From NCBI RefSeq assembly GCF_000015025.1, contig NC_008578.1:660001-692000 (forward strand): 32,000 nucleotides of DNA, in the 5' to 3' direction. The position numbers and the translations under genes were made by a program. This document shows, in pieces, positions 12,076-20,814 of the stretch; the first letter of the stretch is position 1, and every line of letters begins with the position of its first letter. The stretch comes from Acidothermus cellulolyticus 11B. GTDB taxonomy: Bacteria; Actinomycetota; Actinomycetes; Acidothermales; Acidothermaceae. Below the pieces are notes generated by a model, which worked only from the letters and a program-made list of their open reading frames with translations, did no database searches and had not been told where the DNA came from.

Positions 12076-13179
12076 TCAGTGTTCCTCTCCCGGAGCGCCG
12101 TGTTCCTCTCCCGGAGCGCAGTCGTCGAACGGCAGTGTTTCGTCCCGGTAGACCGGCGCTAAGGCAAGCTTCGGATCACGCCTATCAATGCGGTGTTGGA
12201 GAAGGAGGAAGAGCAGCGGAATGGGCGTGACAAAAAGGGTCCACGATATTCCTTTTGCGGTCGGCAACGCGGTGGGTGCGAGCGCGTGAAACACCGTCCG
12301 GGCGAGGTTTCCCAGCCGGTTTGCAAAGCTCGGCGGCCCGGACGGCGGCGGATTTGTCAGCGGAACGTGTAACACCTGCCGGGGTTTCCGGTGCGGTGAC
12401 GGCGTGGGGGCGGCCGATGGTGCGGGGCTCGCCGGTGGGGTGCTCGATGCGGAGCTCCTCGGCGGAGCGGAGACGTCGTTGAAGGCCGGACCGCCCGGCG
12501 ATGTCGTCGTGGGAGAACCGCCCGGCGTTCTCATCGTCGGGGGTTGGGTGGCGGACGGCGTTTGCGCTGGTGTGGGGCTGGGGGACGGCGATGCGGTCAC
12601 GGTGGGGGACGGGCTTGGAGATGGGCTCGGGCTCGGCGGCAGCTGATCGGCGGTCGTGAGCGCAAACGTGAGGCTTGCCGTGGCGGTAAGCCCTTGCGCG
12701 CGGTTGTCATCGACGAGGGTGACCTGGATTTCGACGCTTGCGGAACCGCTCGGCGGCGGCATCGAGCCAAGGCTGAGCTGAGTCGACAGATCGCCATGCT
12801 GAGCGGCGAGGTCGGCGAGAGTACCGGCGTAGCGCACCGTACCGGAAAATCCCGTGCACGATCCGAAACCGCCTCCAGAGCCGACGGCTATCGTCACATT
12901 CAGGAATGACGCGAGATTTCCGCTCGCCGCTGCGGTCATGCCGAGATCTGCCGGCGTGGTGAGGTTGGCGTAATCGAGGCGGAGGCAGTTCGTTTGAGTC
13001 GCGCCCGGTGCGAGGTTCGTGAGGGCCGGAAAGAGCGGGCCGGACGCATCGCTGGTCAGGGTCGGATCGGCGGCGCTCGCCGGGTATGCGGAGCCGATCC
13101 CCACTGCCGCGCAGCAAAGGACGGCGGCCACCGTCTGGACGGTCGCCGCCACGCCGCGTCGTACGGTTAGCGGCACCAT
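12076..13179 (-). CDS. Type-I membrane protein: signal peptide, TasA/camelysin-like beta-sandwich ectodomain, long P/S/T-rich stalk, single TM helix and an approximately 40-aa cytoplasmic tail
   Basis: ORF track 12076..13515. I start at ATG 13179 (residue 113 of the track ORF), which has GGGAGG just upstream, followed by MVPLTVRRGVAATVQTVAAVLCCAAVGIGSAYPASA. The ectodomain pattern is LFPALTNLAPGATQTNCLRLDY...FLNVTIAVG...VRYAGTLADLA...VTLVDDNRAQGLTATASLTFALTTADQ. It resembles the TasA/CalY (peptidase M73-like) family; I recognised this from memory and did not search. The TM helix is ISWTLFVTPIPLLFLLL. The family call is moderate and the coding call is high. Confidence 0.6.
   Translation of the reverse strand: MVPLTVRRGVAATVQTVAAVLCCAAVGIGSAYPASAADPTLTSDASGPLFPALTNLAPGATQTNCLRLDYANLTTPADLGMTAAASGNLASFLNVTIAVGSGGGFGSCTGFSGTVRYAGTLADLAAQHGDLSTQLSLGSMPPPSGSASVEIQVTLVDDNRAQGLTATASLTFALTTADQLPPSPSPSPSPSPTVTASPSPSPTPAQTPSATQPPTMRTPGGSPTTTSPGGPAFNDVSAPPRSSASSTPPASPAPSAAPTPSPHRKPRQVLHVPLTNPPPSGPPSFANRLGNLARTVFHALAPTALPTAKGISWTLFVTPIPLLFLLLQHRIDRRDPKLALAPVYRDETLPFDDCAPGEEHGAPGEEH
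12079..12120 (-). repeat. Perfect-but-one 21-bp tandem duplication at the 3' end of the TasA-like gene
   Basis: The plus strand reads gtgttcctctcccggagcgcc then gtgttcctctcccggagcgca. This encodes ...CAPGEEH GAPGEEH*. Each unit contains GGGAGAGGAA, which is the Shine-Dalgarno sequence for the downstream cyclase ATG at 12074. Confidence 0.9.
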
Positions 13180-13399
13180 CCCTCCCGGTCCATCGATCCG
13201 CGCGCCGCTACTCGCCGGATCTATCGGCGGGTGTGGTTGCGAACTGAGGGCCCCGAGTCGGTGATCACGGCAGCGGGTGGTTGCCGCTGCCGGTCCGGCC
13301 TCGCTGACCAATCCACGGCGCGGCCGTGATTCGATACCATGCCGGTGTCGCCTCCGTTCGGCACGCGACGCCTTCTCCGGTCCGGAAAGTCGGCAGCCT

Positions 13400-14437
13400 G
13401 TGATACATCGCGGCACGATTCTGCTACCCGTGACATTGGTCGCTTTGCTGGCGGCGTGCACCGGACACGCAGCGCCAAACCGGCCGTCGCCGGCGTCGTC
13501 CCGCACCGCATCCATGCCGCCGACCGCAACGGTTCCCGCCGCACCGGCGTCGGAATCCCCGTTGCTCGTCAGCGGGATCCCGGGAATTTCGGTGGACGCC
13601 GGTTTCGAGACTGAGCCGCAGATTCACGTGGACAGCGCGACACCGCCGCCCACCCGCACCGAAGTTGTCGTCGTGCGTCGCGGTCCCGGCGTCCTGCTCC
13701 AGCAGGGTGACCTGGCGGTGGTGGACGACGTCGGCCGGACCTGGCGGAGCAGTGCGATGTACGAGAACACCTATTACCTCGGCCAGGCTCCGCATGTCTT
13801 CCCGGTGGGGACGACACCGTTGGCGCTACCGGGGTTGGTTCATGCCCTGGAGGGAATTCCGGTCGGGAGCCGGGTCCTCGTCGTCGTTCCGCCCAGTCAG
13901 GGTTTTGGGGTCAGTGCAAGCCGACCGCAAGGCGTTTCGGCTGCTGATACCGCTGTCGTGGTGTTCGACATCATCGGCGGTTACCGCGGGGACGCCGGAC
14001 CGCAGGGCAGCGTCGTTTCGCACGGTGGCGGTCAGCTGCCCAGCGTTTCATGGTCGGATGTGCACAGTGCGCCGCACGTGCACATTCCGGAGGCCGCGCC
14101 GCCGCAGCAGCGGCGTGTCGTCACGCTGGTCAAAGGCAATGGCCCGGCCCTCCAGCAAGGAAATCTCGCGATCGTGCAGTATCTTGCCGAGACGTGGAGT
14201 GGGCAGCTGGTGGGTTCCTCCTGGGACCGGCCGTTGCCGGTACCGCTGCCGATAGGGACTGGAGCGCTTCTTCCCGGACTCGACCAAGGACTCGTCGGAG
14301 TCACGGTCGGCAGTAGGGTCCTCATCGTTGTTCCGCCCGCTGAAGGACTGAGCGCCAGCGGAGCGCCGTCAGCTGGAGTTCCCCGAAGCGAGACGCTGGT
14401 CTTCGTCGTCGACGTTCTCGGTGCGTACAACACCTGA
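13400..14437 (+). CDS. Lipoprotein with two FKBP-type peptidyl-prolyl cis-trans isomerase domains
   Basis: ORF track 13277..14437. An in-frame GTG at 13400 gives (M)IHRGTILLPVTLVALLAAC, a lipobox LLAAC at normal signal-peptide length. Two FKBP-like repeats are present: GDLAVVDDVGRTW...LPGLVHALEGIPVGSRVLVVVPPSQGFG and GNLAIVQYLAETW...LPGLDQGLVGVTVGSRVLIVVPPAEGL. Confidence 0.8.
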   Translation: MIHRGTILLPVTLVALLAACTGHAAPNRPSPASSRTASMPPTATVPAAPASESPLLVSGIPGISVDAGFETEPQIHVDSATPPPTRTEVVVVRRGPGVLLQQGDLAVVDDVGRTWRSSAMYENTYYLGQAPHVFPVGTTPLALPGLVHALEGIPVGSRVLVVVPPSQGFGVSASRPQGVSAADTAVVVFDIIGGYRGDAGPQGSVVSHGGGQLPSVSWSDVHSAPHVHIPEAAPPQQRRVVTLVKGNGPALQQGNLAIVQYLAETWSGQLVGSSWDRPLPVPLPIGTGALLPGLDQGLVGVTVGSRVLIVVPPAEGLSASGAPSAGVPRSETLVFVVDVLGAYNT

Positions 14438-14474
14438 TCGACGCCGCAGCAGCGGCGGCCACATTGACCGGTGA

Positions 14475-14843
14475 TTAACGGCCGGCTCGCTGCGTCTTTT
14501 TGCGGAGATAATCGCGGAGGACGACGGCGTTGTTGTGTGTCTCGTCGCGGGCCGAATAGAGGAGGACGACGTCGTGGGTTCGTGCGGCCTCGAGGAGCGG
14601 ACGCCAGGACTCCGGGTGAGCGTCGAGTTCCGCGATATAGCGGCGGCGGAATTCCTCCCATTTCGCAGGGTCGTGGCCGAACCATTGCCGGAGTTCGGGG
14701 CTCGGGGCGACGTCCTTGAGCCACCCATCGAGGGCGAGGTCTTCTTTGCGGACGCCGCGGGGCCAGAGCCGTTCGACGAGGTACCGCTTCTCGTGTGCGT
14801 GAGGCGCGTCGTCGTAGCTGCGACGCGCGGTGATGGTGCCCAT
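14475..14843 (-). CDS. DUF488 (YeaO-like) family protein
   Basis: 122 aa with an ATG start. The sequence YLVERLWPRGVRKEDLALDGWLKDVAPSPELRQWFGHDPAKWEEFRRRYIAEL...VVLLYSARDETHNNAVVLRDYL is the characteristic DUF488 pattern. Confidence 0.8.
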   Translation of the reverse strand: MGTITARRSYDDAPHAHEKRYLVERLWPRGVRKEDLALDGWLKDVAPSPELRQWFGHDPAKWEEFRRRYIAELDAHPESWRPLLEAARTHDVVLLYSARDETHNNAVVLRDYLRKKTQRAGR

Positions 14844-14853
14844 TGCGACGGCA

Positions 14854-14859
14854 ATTGTA
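14854..14859 (-). promoter_or_regulatory. Possible -10 hexamer TACAAT giving a near-leaderless DUF488 mRNA
   Basis: The minus strand reads GCGTACAATTGCCGTCGCAATG. TACAAT ends 10 nt before the ATG and there is no Shine-Dalgarno sequence in between. Confidence 0.3.
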
Positions 14860-14963
14860 CGCGTCGTCGTGCTCGGTGGAGTCGTGCGCGTTTCGGGTAG
14901 CGTGCTGTTGGCGGCCAGCGGTGGTCGCGGCGGCTGCTGGAAGGACCTTTGGGTGCGTGGTGA

Positions 14964-15905
14964 ATGGGGGCGCCGGTGGCAGGGCGGGTCATCGTCGTTG
15001 GTTCGATCAACCGGGATATCGTGGCCCGCGTTGGTCGGTTACCGAGCCCTGGCGAGACCGTTCCCGGGTGGGATCTTGAATTTCTTCCGGGCGGTAAGGG
15101 GGCGAATCAAGCGGTCGCTGCAGCCCGGGCTGGTGGGCGCGTGTGTTTCGTCGGCGCGGTCGGTGCGGATGAGGCCGGCGTCCAGAACGTCACAATGCTC
15201 CGTGCCGAGGGAATCGACACCCGTGAGATACGGGTCGTCGACGGCGTCCCGTCAGGCACCGCGGTTATCTTTGTCGCTGACACCGGGGAGAACGAAATCG
15301 TCATTATCGGCGGCGCCAATACACACGTCACCGGAGCGGCGGTGCGGGAGGCGCTGCAGCGAATTAACGTGACGCACCAGGACGTTATCCTCACCAATTT
15401 CGAAATCCCCGATGACGCCGTGGACGCCGCCGTCGAGTACGGCGGCGCCGCCCGATGCCGGCTTATCGTCAATCCGGCGCCGGCACGGCCGCTCACCACC
15501 GCGCTGTGGAACGGACGAGCAATTCTCACGCCCAACCGGGTGGAGAGCCTGGTCCTCACCGGATTAGACGACGTTCACGCGGCGGCGCGGTCGCTTACGG
15601 AGCAGACGCGGGCACCCGTCGTCGTCACGCTCGGCAGCGATGGTGCGTTGCTGGCCGACATCGACGGCGACACGCATATTGCGGCGCGGCAGGTGCCCGT
15701 GGTCGATACGACCGGCGCAGGTGACGTATTCGTCGGCGTGCTGGCTGCCGAAGTCGCGGCCGACGTTCCCTTACGGTCGGCGGTGCGACGTGCCGTTGTC
15801 GCCGCGAGCCTTTCGGTGTCCCGTCCCGGGGCGCGCGCAGCGCCGAGCCTGGCGGAACTCGACGCCGCTATGACCGCCGGGGAGCCAGATACTCCTCGTC
15901 GGTGA
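14964..15905 (+). CDS. rbsK: Ribokinase (PfkB family)
   Basis: VIVVGSINRDIV...PGETV...GGKGANQAVAAARAG...NEIVIIGGAN...DTTGAGDVFVGVLAA are ribokinase/PfkB signatures. The start could instead be GTG 14976. Confidence 0.85.
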   Translation: MGAPVAGRVIVVGSINRDIVARVGRLPSPGETVPGWDLEFLPGGKGANQAVAAARAGGRVCFVGAVGADEAGVQNVTMLRAEGIDTREIRVVDGVPSGTAVIFVADTGENEIVIIGGANTHVTGAAVREALQRINVTHQDVILTNFEIPDDAVDAAVEYGGAARCRLIVNPAPARPLTTALWNGRAILTPNRVESLVLTGLDDVHAAARSLTEQTRAPVVVTLGSDGALLADIDGDTHIAARQVPVVDTTGAGDVFVGVLAAEVAADVPLRSAVRRAVVAASLSVSRPGARAAPSLAELDAAMTAGEPDTPRR

Positions 15906-16275
15906 CGTGGTCCGCCCACTCGACCTCCGCCCTGCCGTCACCGGGGACCTCGGTGATCGACAGGTGGCTCATGAAGTTCTCCGGCGTCGCCCCATGCCAG
16001 TGCCAGTGATCCGGCGGTGTGTAGACGACGTCCCCGGCGCGCATTTCCGTGACGGCTTCGCCGCGGGTCTGCACCCAGCCCTTGCCCTCTAGGACATACA
16101 ACGTCTGGCCGACCGGATGGCGGTGCCAGGCCGTGCGGGCGGACGGGGTGAAGCGCACGACACTGACCCGCAGCCGCGACGGCCCCTCACCGCGCGCGAT
16201 CGTGTCGACGTAGACGTCGCCGGTGAATGTTTCCGCGGGACCCTTGCTCGTCGGTGGGTGCGCTGGTCCGGTCAT
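15868..16275 (-). CDS. Small cupin-2 domain protein
   Basis: 135 aa with an ATG start. [47 protein letters not shown] is the two-motif cupin metal-binding pattern. The 3' end overlaps the ribokinase 3' end by 38 nt (convergent). Confidence 0.8.
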   Translation of the reverse strand: MTGPAHPPTSKGPAETFTGDVYVDTIARGEGPSRLRVSVVRFTPSARTAWHRHPVGQTLYVLEGKGWVQTRGEAVTEMRAGDVVYTPPDHWHWHGATPENFMSHLSITEVPGDGRAEVEWADHVTDEEYLAPRRS

Positions 16276-16468
16276 CAGTTTCTCCCAGGTGAGACGGTCT
16301 TGCTCGTGGCTTCTCCGGCCATTGCTATCAGCTTCTCCCGCCCGATGCCGGCCGATGCCCCGGGGGTCGCCGTGGGGGCGGGTGGCCGCGGCGGGGACGG
16401 AGATGCTGCCAGCGGAGTAGTAGACGCCGTCAGAACCGATGAGCAGGTGACACGAGTTGACGTGCGCC

Positions 16469-16804
16469 TCACTCGTGGATAGTCACATCACCCGTCCTCG
16501 GGTCGACTTCGGCCACCAGCTGCACCACCCCGCTCACGGTATCTAGGAAGGCAGCTGCTTCGCCGTACGCCGGGATAGTTACACCAACTCCATTGTCGTC
16601 CACCTCTACGCCGGTTAAATCGCAGACGCGATGACTGATCGTGACCTGCACTTTGGTGATTGTGACGTGACTGCCGGGGTGGCCGCATGCGGTGCGGAAG
16701 GCAGCAGGGATAGACGGACTGCCGCTCACTGACGCGCCATGTGATCTGCAATCGGTCGTCGCGGTAATGGCACTTCCAACGATGAGCATTAATAGGGCAC
16801 GCAC
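16469..16804 (-). CDS. Small hypothetical secreted protein (about 106-111 aa, 4 Cys)
   Basis: Start at GTG 16804 or ATG 16789 (MLIVGSAITATTDC...), with a hydrophobic N-terminus. I recognised no family. Codon usage is visibly less GC3-biased than in the neighbours (TTA and CTA codons are present), so coding status is less certain. Confidence 0.45.
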   Translation of the reverse strand: MRALLMLIVGSAITATTDCRSHGASVSGSPSIPAAFRTACGHPGSHVTITKVQVTISHRVCDLTGVEVDDNGVGVTIPAYGEAAAFLDTVSGVVQLVAEVDPRTGDVTIHE

Positions 16805-17123
16805 CGTGCGCTCAACTCATTGTGCCCTTGTGTAATTGGACGTCCTCTGTACGGTGGTGGTTGTTTCTCAACCGCAATCGTGTGGGGACTCGCATGGGCG
16901 GGTACGGCGGCGATTAGCGCTGTGGCTGTTCCGCCAGACGAGGCCGGCTCGGCGTAGGGGTTGGGGTAGAAGCCGTATTCCCTGGAAACGTTTCGATTGT
17001 GTACGCCGGCGGGACCAGGTCGGCGACTACGGCGGTGTCGTCGCAATGCGGCCAAGACCTGCACCAAGCCGGTATCCGGCGGCCGCGTATGTCTTGTGAG
17101 CTCTGGACGCGGCTCCTGGACCG

Positions 17124-17195
17124 TGCCCCCGGCAGGATTCGAACCTGCGCCCCTGCCTCCGGAGGGCAGTGCTCTCTCCCCTGAGCTACGGGGGC
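17124..17195 (-). tRNA. tRNA-Arg (anticodon CCG), CCA not encoded
   Basis: The minus strand reads GCCCCCG TA GCTC AGGGGAGA GAGC A CTGCC CTCCGGA GGCAG GGGC GCAGG TTCGAAT CCTGC CGGGGGC A. This is a complete cloverleaf with a 7-bp acceptor stem, a TTCGAAT T-loop, U33 and anticodon CCG. Confidence 0.93.
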
Positions 17196-17206
17196 CACGC
17201 CGCGGC

Positions 17207-17255
17207 GCGACACCTATCCGGATACCTGTGAGTGTCGCTCTCCGCGTCGCGAGAG
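17207..17255 (-). terminator. Two adjacent GC-rich hairpins between the thiolase stop and the tRNA
   Basis: GCGACAC (17207-13) pairs with GTGTCGC (17232-38), enclosing the palindrome TATCCGGATA. This is followed by CTCTC-N8-GAGAG. They may act as a terminator or processing site. Confidence 0.3.
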
Positions 17256-17300
17256 TGAGCCTACCAGCGCCCGCCGAGCCCTTGGCCGGGCAGATCGCTG

Positions 17301-18476
<1,176 letters not shown>

Positions 18477-18575
18477 CTTCCGCCTCTGGCGATCCCGGCG
18501 AGCAGTGGGCGGATCCTGCCGACGGGCGAACCGGGGCGAGGGGTCGGCGGTTCGTGAGCGGACAGGCACCCACGG

Positions 18576-19115
18576 GTGTTGTCCACTAGGCTACGCAGGG
18601 TGGGGAGGGAGCCGCGGCGGATATTGATCGTCGACGATGACGAAGCGATCCGCCGGCTCATGCGAGTCAATCTCGAACTTGAGGGGTTCCAGGTCGACGA
18701 GGCGCCGGACGGCGAACGCTGCCTGGCCGCGATCCACCAGCTGCGACCCGATCTCGTCGTCCTTGACGTGGCCATGCCGGGAATCGACGGCCTGTCGGTT
18801 GCGCGAACGCTCCGAGCCGATCCCGCCGTCGCAGAGGTAAAGATTCTCATGGTGTCGGCCCTGGCCCGATCCGAGGACGTCGAGCGAGGCCGGCTCGCCG
18901 GTGCCGATGCCTACCTCACCAAACCGTTCGAACCCGACGCCTTCGTCCAGCTGATCCGTACTTTGCTGGCCGCTGACCGCCCGGCGGACGACGCGACGGA
19001 TCCCGAACGCCACACTGACGCGACGGATCCCGGCCGCCACACCGGCGCGGCGAGTGCCGAACCCCGCCCGGCGGACGCCGCCGCGGATCCCGAACGCCAC
19101 ACCGCGGCCGGGTGA
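18576..19115 (+). CDS. Stand-alone response-regulator receiver (CheY-like) protein with a repetitive disordered C-terminal tail
   Basis: [13 protein letters not shown]...[14 protein letters not shown]...ILMVSA...AYLTKPF carries the acidic pocket DD, the phospho-acceptor D, and the S and K residues. There is no output domain. The tail contains DATDPERHT / DATDPGRHT / AADPERHT repeats. The start is uncertain: GTG 18576, GTG 18600, or a TTG after GGGGAGGGAG. Confidence 0.8.
   Translation: MLSTRLRRVGREPRRILIVDDDEAIRRLMRVNLELEGFQVDEAPDGERCLAAIHQLRPDLVVLDVAMPGIDGLSVARTLRADPAVAEVKILMVSALARSEDVERGRLAGADAYLTKPFEPDAFVQLIRTLLAADRPADDATDPERHTDATDPGRHTGAASAEPRPADAAADPERHTAAG
18990..19106 (+). repeat. 27-bp in-frame tandem repeat plus a third dispersed copy in the receiver-protein tail
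   Basis: gacgcgacggatcccgaacgccacact (18990-19016) and gacgcgacggatcccggccgccacacc (19017-19043), then gcggatcccgaacgccacacc at about 19083-19103. Confidence 0.85.
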
Positions 19116-19161
19116 CCTCCTCGGTGTGCCGGCGAGGCGGCGCTGCGGTAGCCTCGCGCCC

Positions 19162-20814
19162 GTGACCCCAGCAGACCTTGCCGATGCGATTCGCCGGGCA
19201 ATCCGCGCCGCGGTGGACGCCGACCAACTGCGCGTCGACGTCCCCGCCGAGGTGCTCGTCGAACGGCCCAAGCGCAAGGAATTCGGGGATTACGCCACCA
19301 ACGTCGCCCTGCAACTCGCCAAGTCCGCCGGACGCCCGCCGCGTGACGTCGCCGCGATCCTGGCCGAGCAGCTTGCCGCGCAGCCAGGTATTGCCGCGGT
19401 CGACGTTGCCGGGCCCGGTTTTCTCAATATCCGGCTGGCCGCCGGTGCGCAGGGTGACATCGCCCGGCAAATCGTCGAAGCGGGACCACGGTACGGAACG
19501 AGCACCACCCTGCGCGGTCAGCGCATCAACGTGGAATTCGTCTCCGCCAACCCGACCGGGCCGCTGCATCTGGGGCACACCCGGTGGGCGGCTGTCGGCG
19601 ATGCCCTCGCCCGGGTCCTCCAGGCCGCAGGCGCGGAGGTGACGCGGGAGTTCTACATCAACGACCGCGGCGCCCAAATGGAAAAATTCGGCGCGTCGCT
19701 CGCCGCCGCGGCCGTCGGTGAGCCGATCCCGGACGACGGCTACCACGGCCGGTACATTCACGACTTGGCCAAAGAAATCGCCGGTGAGCATCCCGAATTC
19801 CTCGACCTGCCCCCGGACGAGCGGGCAGCCGCGTTCCGTGACGAGGGGTATCGCCGGCAACTGGAGCGGCAGCGGCGGGCCTTGGAACATTTCCGGGTGC
19901 ATTTCGACGTATGGTTCTCCGAACGGGTGCTGCACGAATCCGGGGCGGTGGAGGCGGCGCTCGACGAACTCCGCCGTCAAGGGCATGTCTACGAAGCTGA
20001 CGGCGCGGTATGGCTGCGCACCACGGATTTCGGCGACGACCGCGACCGTGTGCTCGTGCGCAGCAACGGTGAGAAGACCTATTTCGCCGCGGACGCCGCG
20101 TATTACCTCGACAAGCGGCGGCGTGGTTTTGACACCTGCCTCTACCTTCTCGGCGCGGACCATCATGGGTACGTCGCGCGACTCAAGGCGATCGCAGCCT
20201 GCGCCGGCGACGACCCGGAGAGAACCCTCGAGGTTCTCATCGGGCAGCTGGTGAAAATCCTCAAAGGCGGGGAAGAGGTCCGCCTCTCCAAGCGCGCCGG
20301 GGAAATCGTCACGCTCGAGGATGTCGTCGACCTCGCCGGTGTGGACGCCGTCCGGTACTCCCTTGCCCGGTATCCGGCCGACTCACCGCTCACCCTCGAC
20401 GTCGACCTCATCACCCGGCAGACCAACGACAATCCGGTGTTCTACGTCCAGTACGTCGCCGCCCGCACTGCCTCGGTCTCCCGGCACGCCCGGGACCTCG
20501 GCATCGACCGCGGCGCCTTTGACCCGACCCTGCTCGGCCACGACCGGGAAATTGATTTGCTGGGAGCGCTCGCGGAATTTCCCCGCATCGTCGCATCCGC
20601 GGCCGAGCTTCGCGAACCGCACCGGATCGCGCGCTACCTCGAAGAGCTCGCCGGCACCTATCACCGGTTCTACGACGCGTGCCGGATTCTGCCGGTCGGC
20701 GATGAACAACCGACACCGCTCACCCACGCCCGCCTCTGGCTCAACGACGCGACCCGCATCGTCATCGCCAACGGCTTGGAATTACTCGGCGTCGAGGCAC
20801 CGGAGCGGATGTAA
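19162..20814 (+). CDS. argS: Arginine--tRNA ligase
   Basis: ORF track 19054..20814. GTG 19162 gives (M)[13 protein letters not shown]..., the usual actinobacterial ArgS N-terminus. It has [12 protein letters not shown] (HIGH-type motif) and a C-terminal anticodon-binding region ...[27 protein letters not shown]. Confidence 0.92.
   Translation: MTPADLADAIRRAIRAAVDADQLRVDVPAEVLVERPKRKEFGDYATNVALQLAKSAGRPPRDVAAILAEQLAAQPGIAAVDVAGPGFLNIRLAAGAQGDIARQIVEAGPRYGTSTTLRGQRINVEFVSANPTGPLHLGHTRWAAVGDALARVLQAAGAEVTREFYINDRGAQMEKFGASLAAAAVGEPIPDDGYHGRYIHDLAKEIAGEHPEFLDLPPDERAAAFRDEGYRRQLERQRRALEHFRVHFDVWFSERVLHESGAVEAALDELRRQGHVYEADGAVWLRTTDFGDDRDRVLVRSNGEKTYFAADAAYYLDKRRRGFDTCLYLLGADHHGYVARLKAIAACAGDDPERTLEVLIGQLVKILKGGEEVRLSKRAGEIVTLEDVVDLAGVDAVRYSLARYPADSPLTLDVDLITRQTNDNPVFYVQYVAARTASVSRHARDLGIDRGAFDPTLLGHDREIDLLGALAEFPRIVASAAELREPHRIARYLEELAGTYHRFYDACRILPVGDEQPTPLTHARLWLNDATRIVIANGLELLGVEAPERM

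Noticed and set aside
12250-12267. LPTAKG followed by a hydrophobic helix and HRIDRRD as a sortase (LPXTG/LAXTG) sorting signal.
   Set aside because: The motif does not fit L-P-x-T-G, and about 40 further residues follow the helix, whereas sortase signals sit at the extreme C terminus.
13277-13399. ORF-track 5' extensions taken at face value. Examples are FKBP from 13277, the TasA-like gene from 13515, thiolase from 18569, argS from 19054, hom from 21910, thrC from 23235, thrB from 24592, PIG-L from 28330, and the exosortase-like gene as part of 29834..31144.
   Set aside because: The extensions are Arg-rich and overlap the preceding gene or lack homology logic. Conserved N-termini, signal peptides and SD sequences indicate the internal starts given in the feature list.
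15868-15905. The 38-nt convergent overlap of the ribokinase and cupin 3' ends as a regulatory antisense arrangement.
   Set aside because: The ribokinase tail beyond its conserved end (…[19 protein letters not shown]) looks like a stop-codon-poor read-on, and such overlaps are common in GC-rich genomes.
16275-16472. 65-aa GTG-initiated ORF between the small secreted protein gene and the cupin gene, ending TGATG on the cupin start.
   Set aside because: It has a low-complexity P/S/T/A-rich translation and mediocre third-position bias, and the better bias lies in another frame. It is kept only as part of the finding on this gap.
16805-17195. A genomic island integrated at tRNA-Arg.
   Set aside because: There is no integrase, no direct repeat of the tRNA 3' end anywhere in the window, and the flanking genes are ordinary metabolic genes. 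Only a small atypical patch remains, reported as a low-interest finding.
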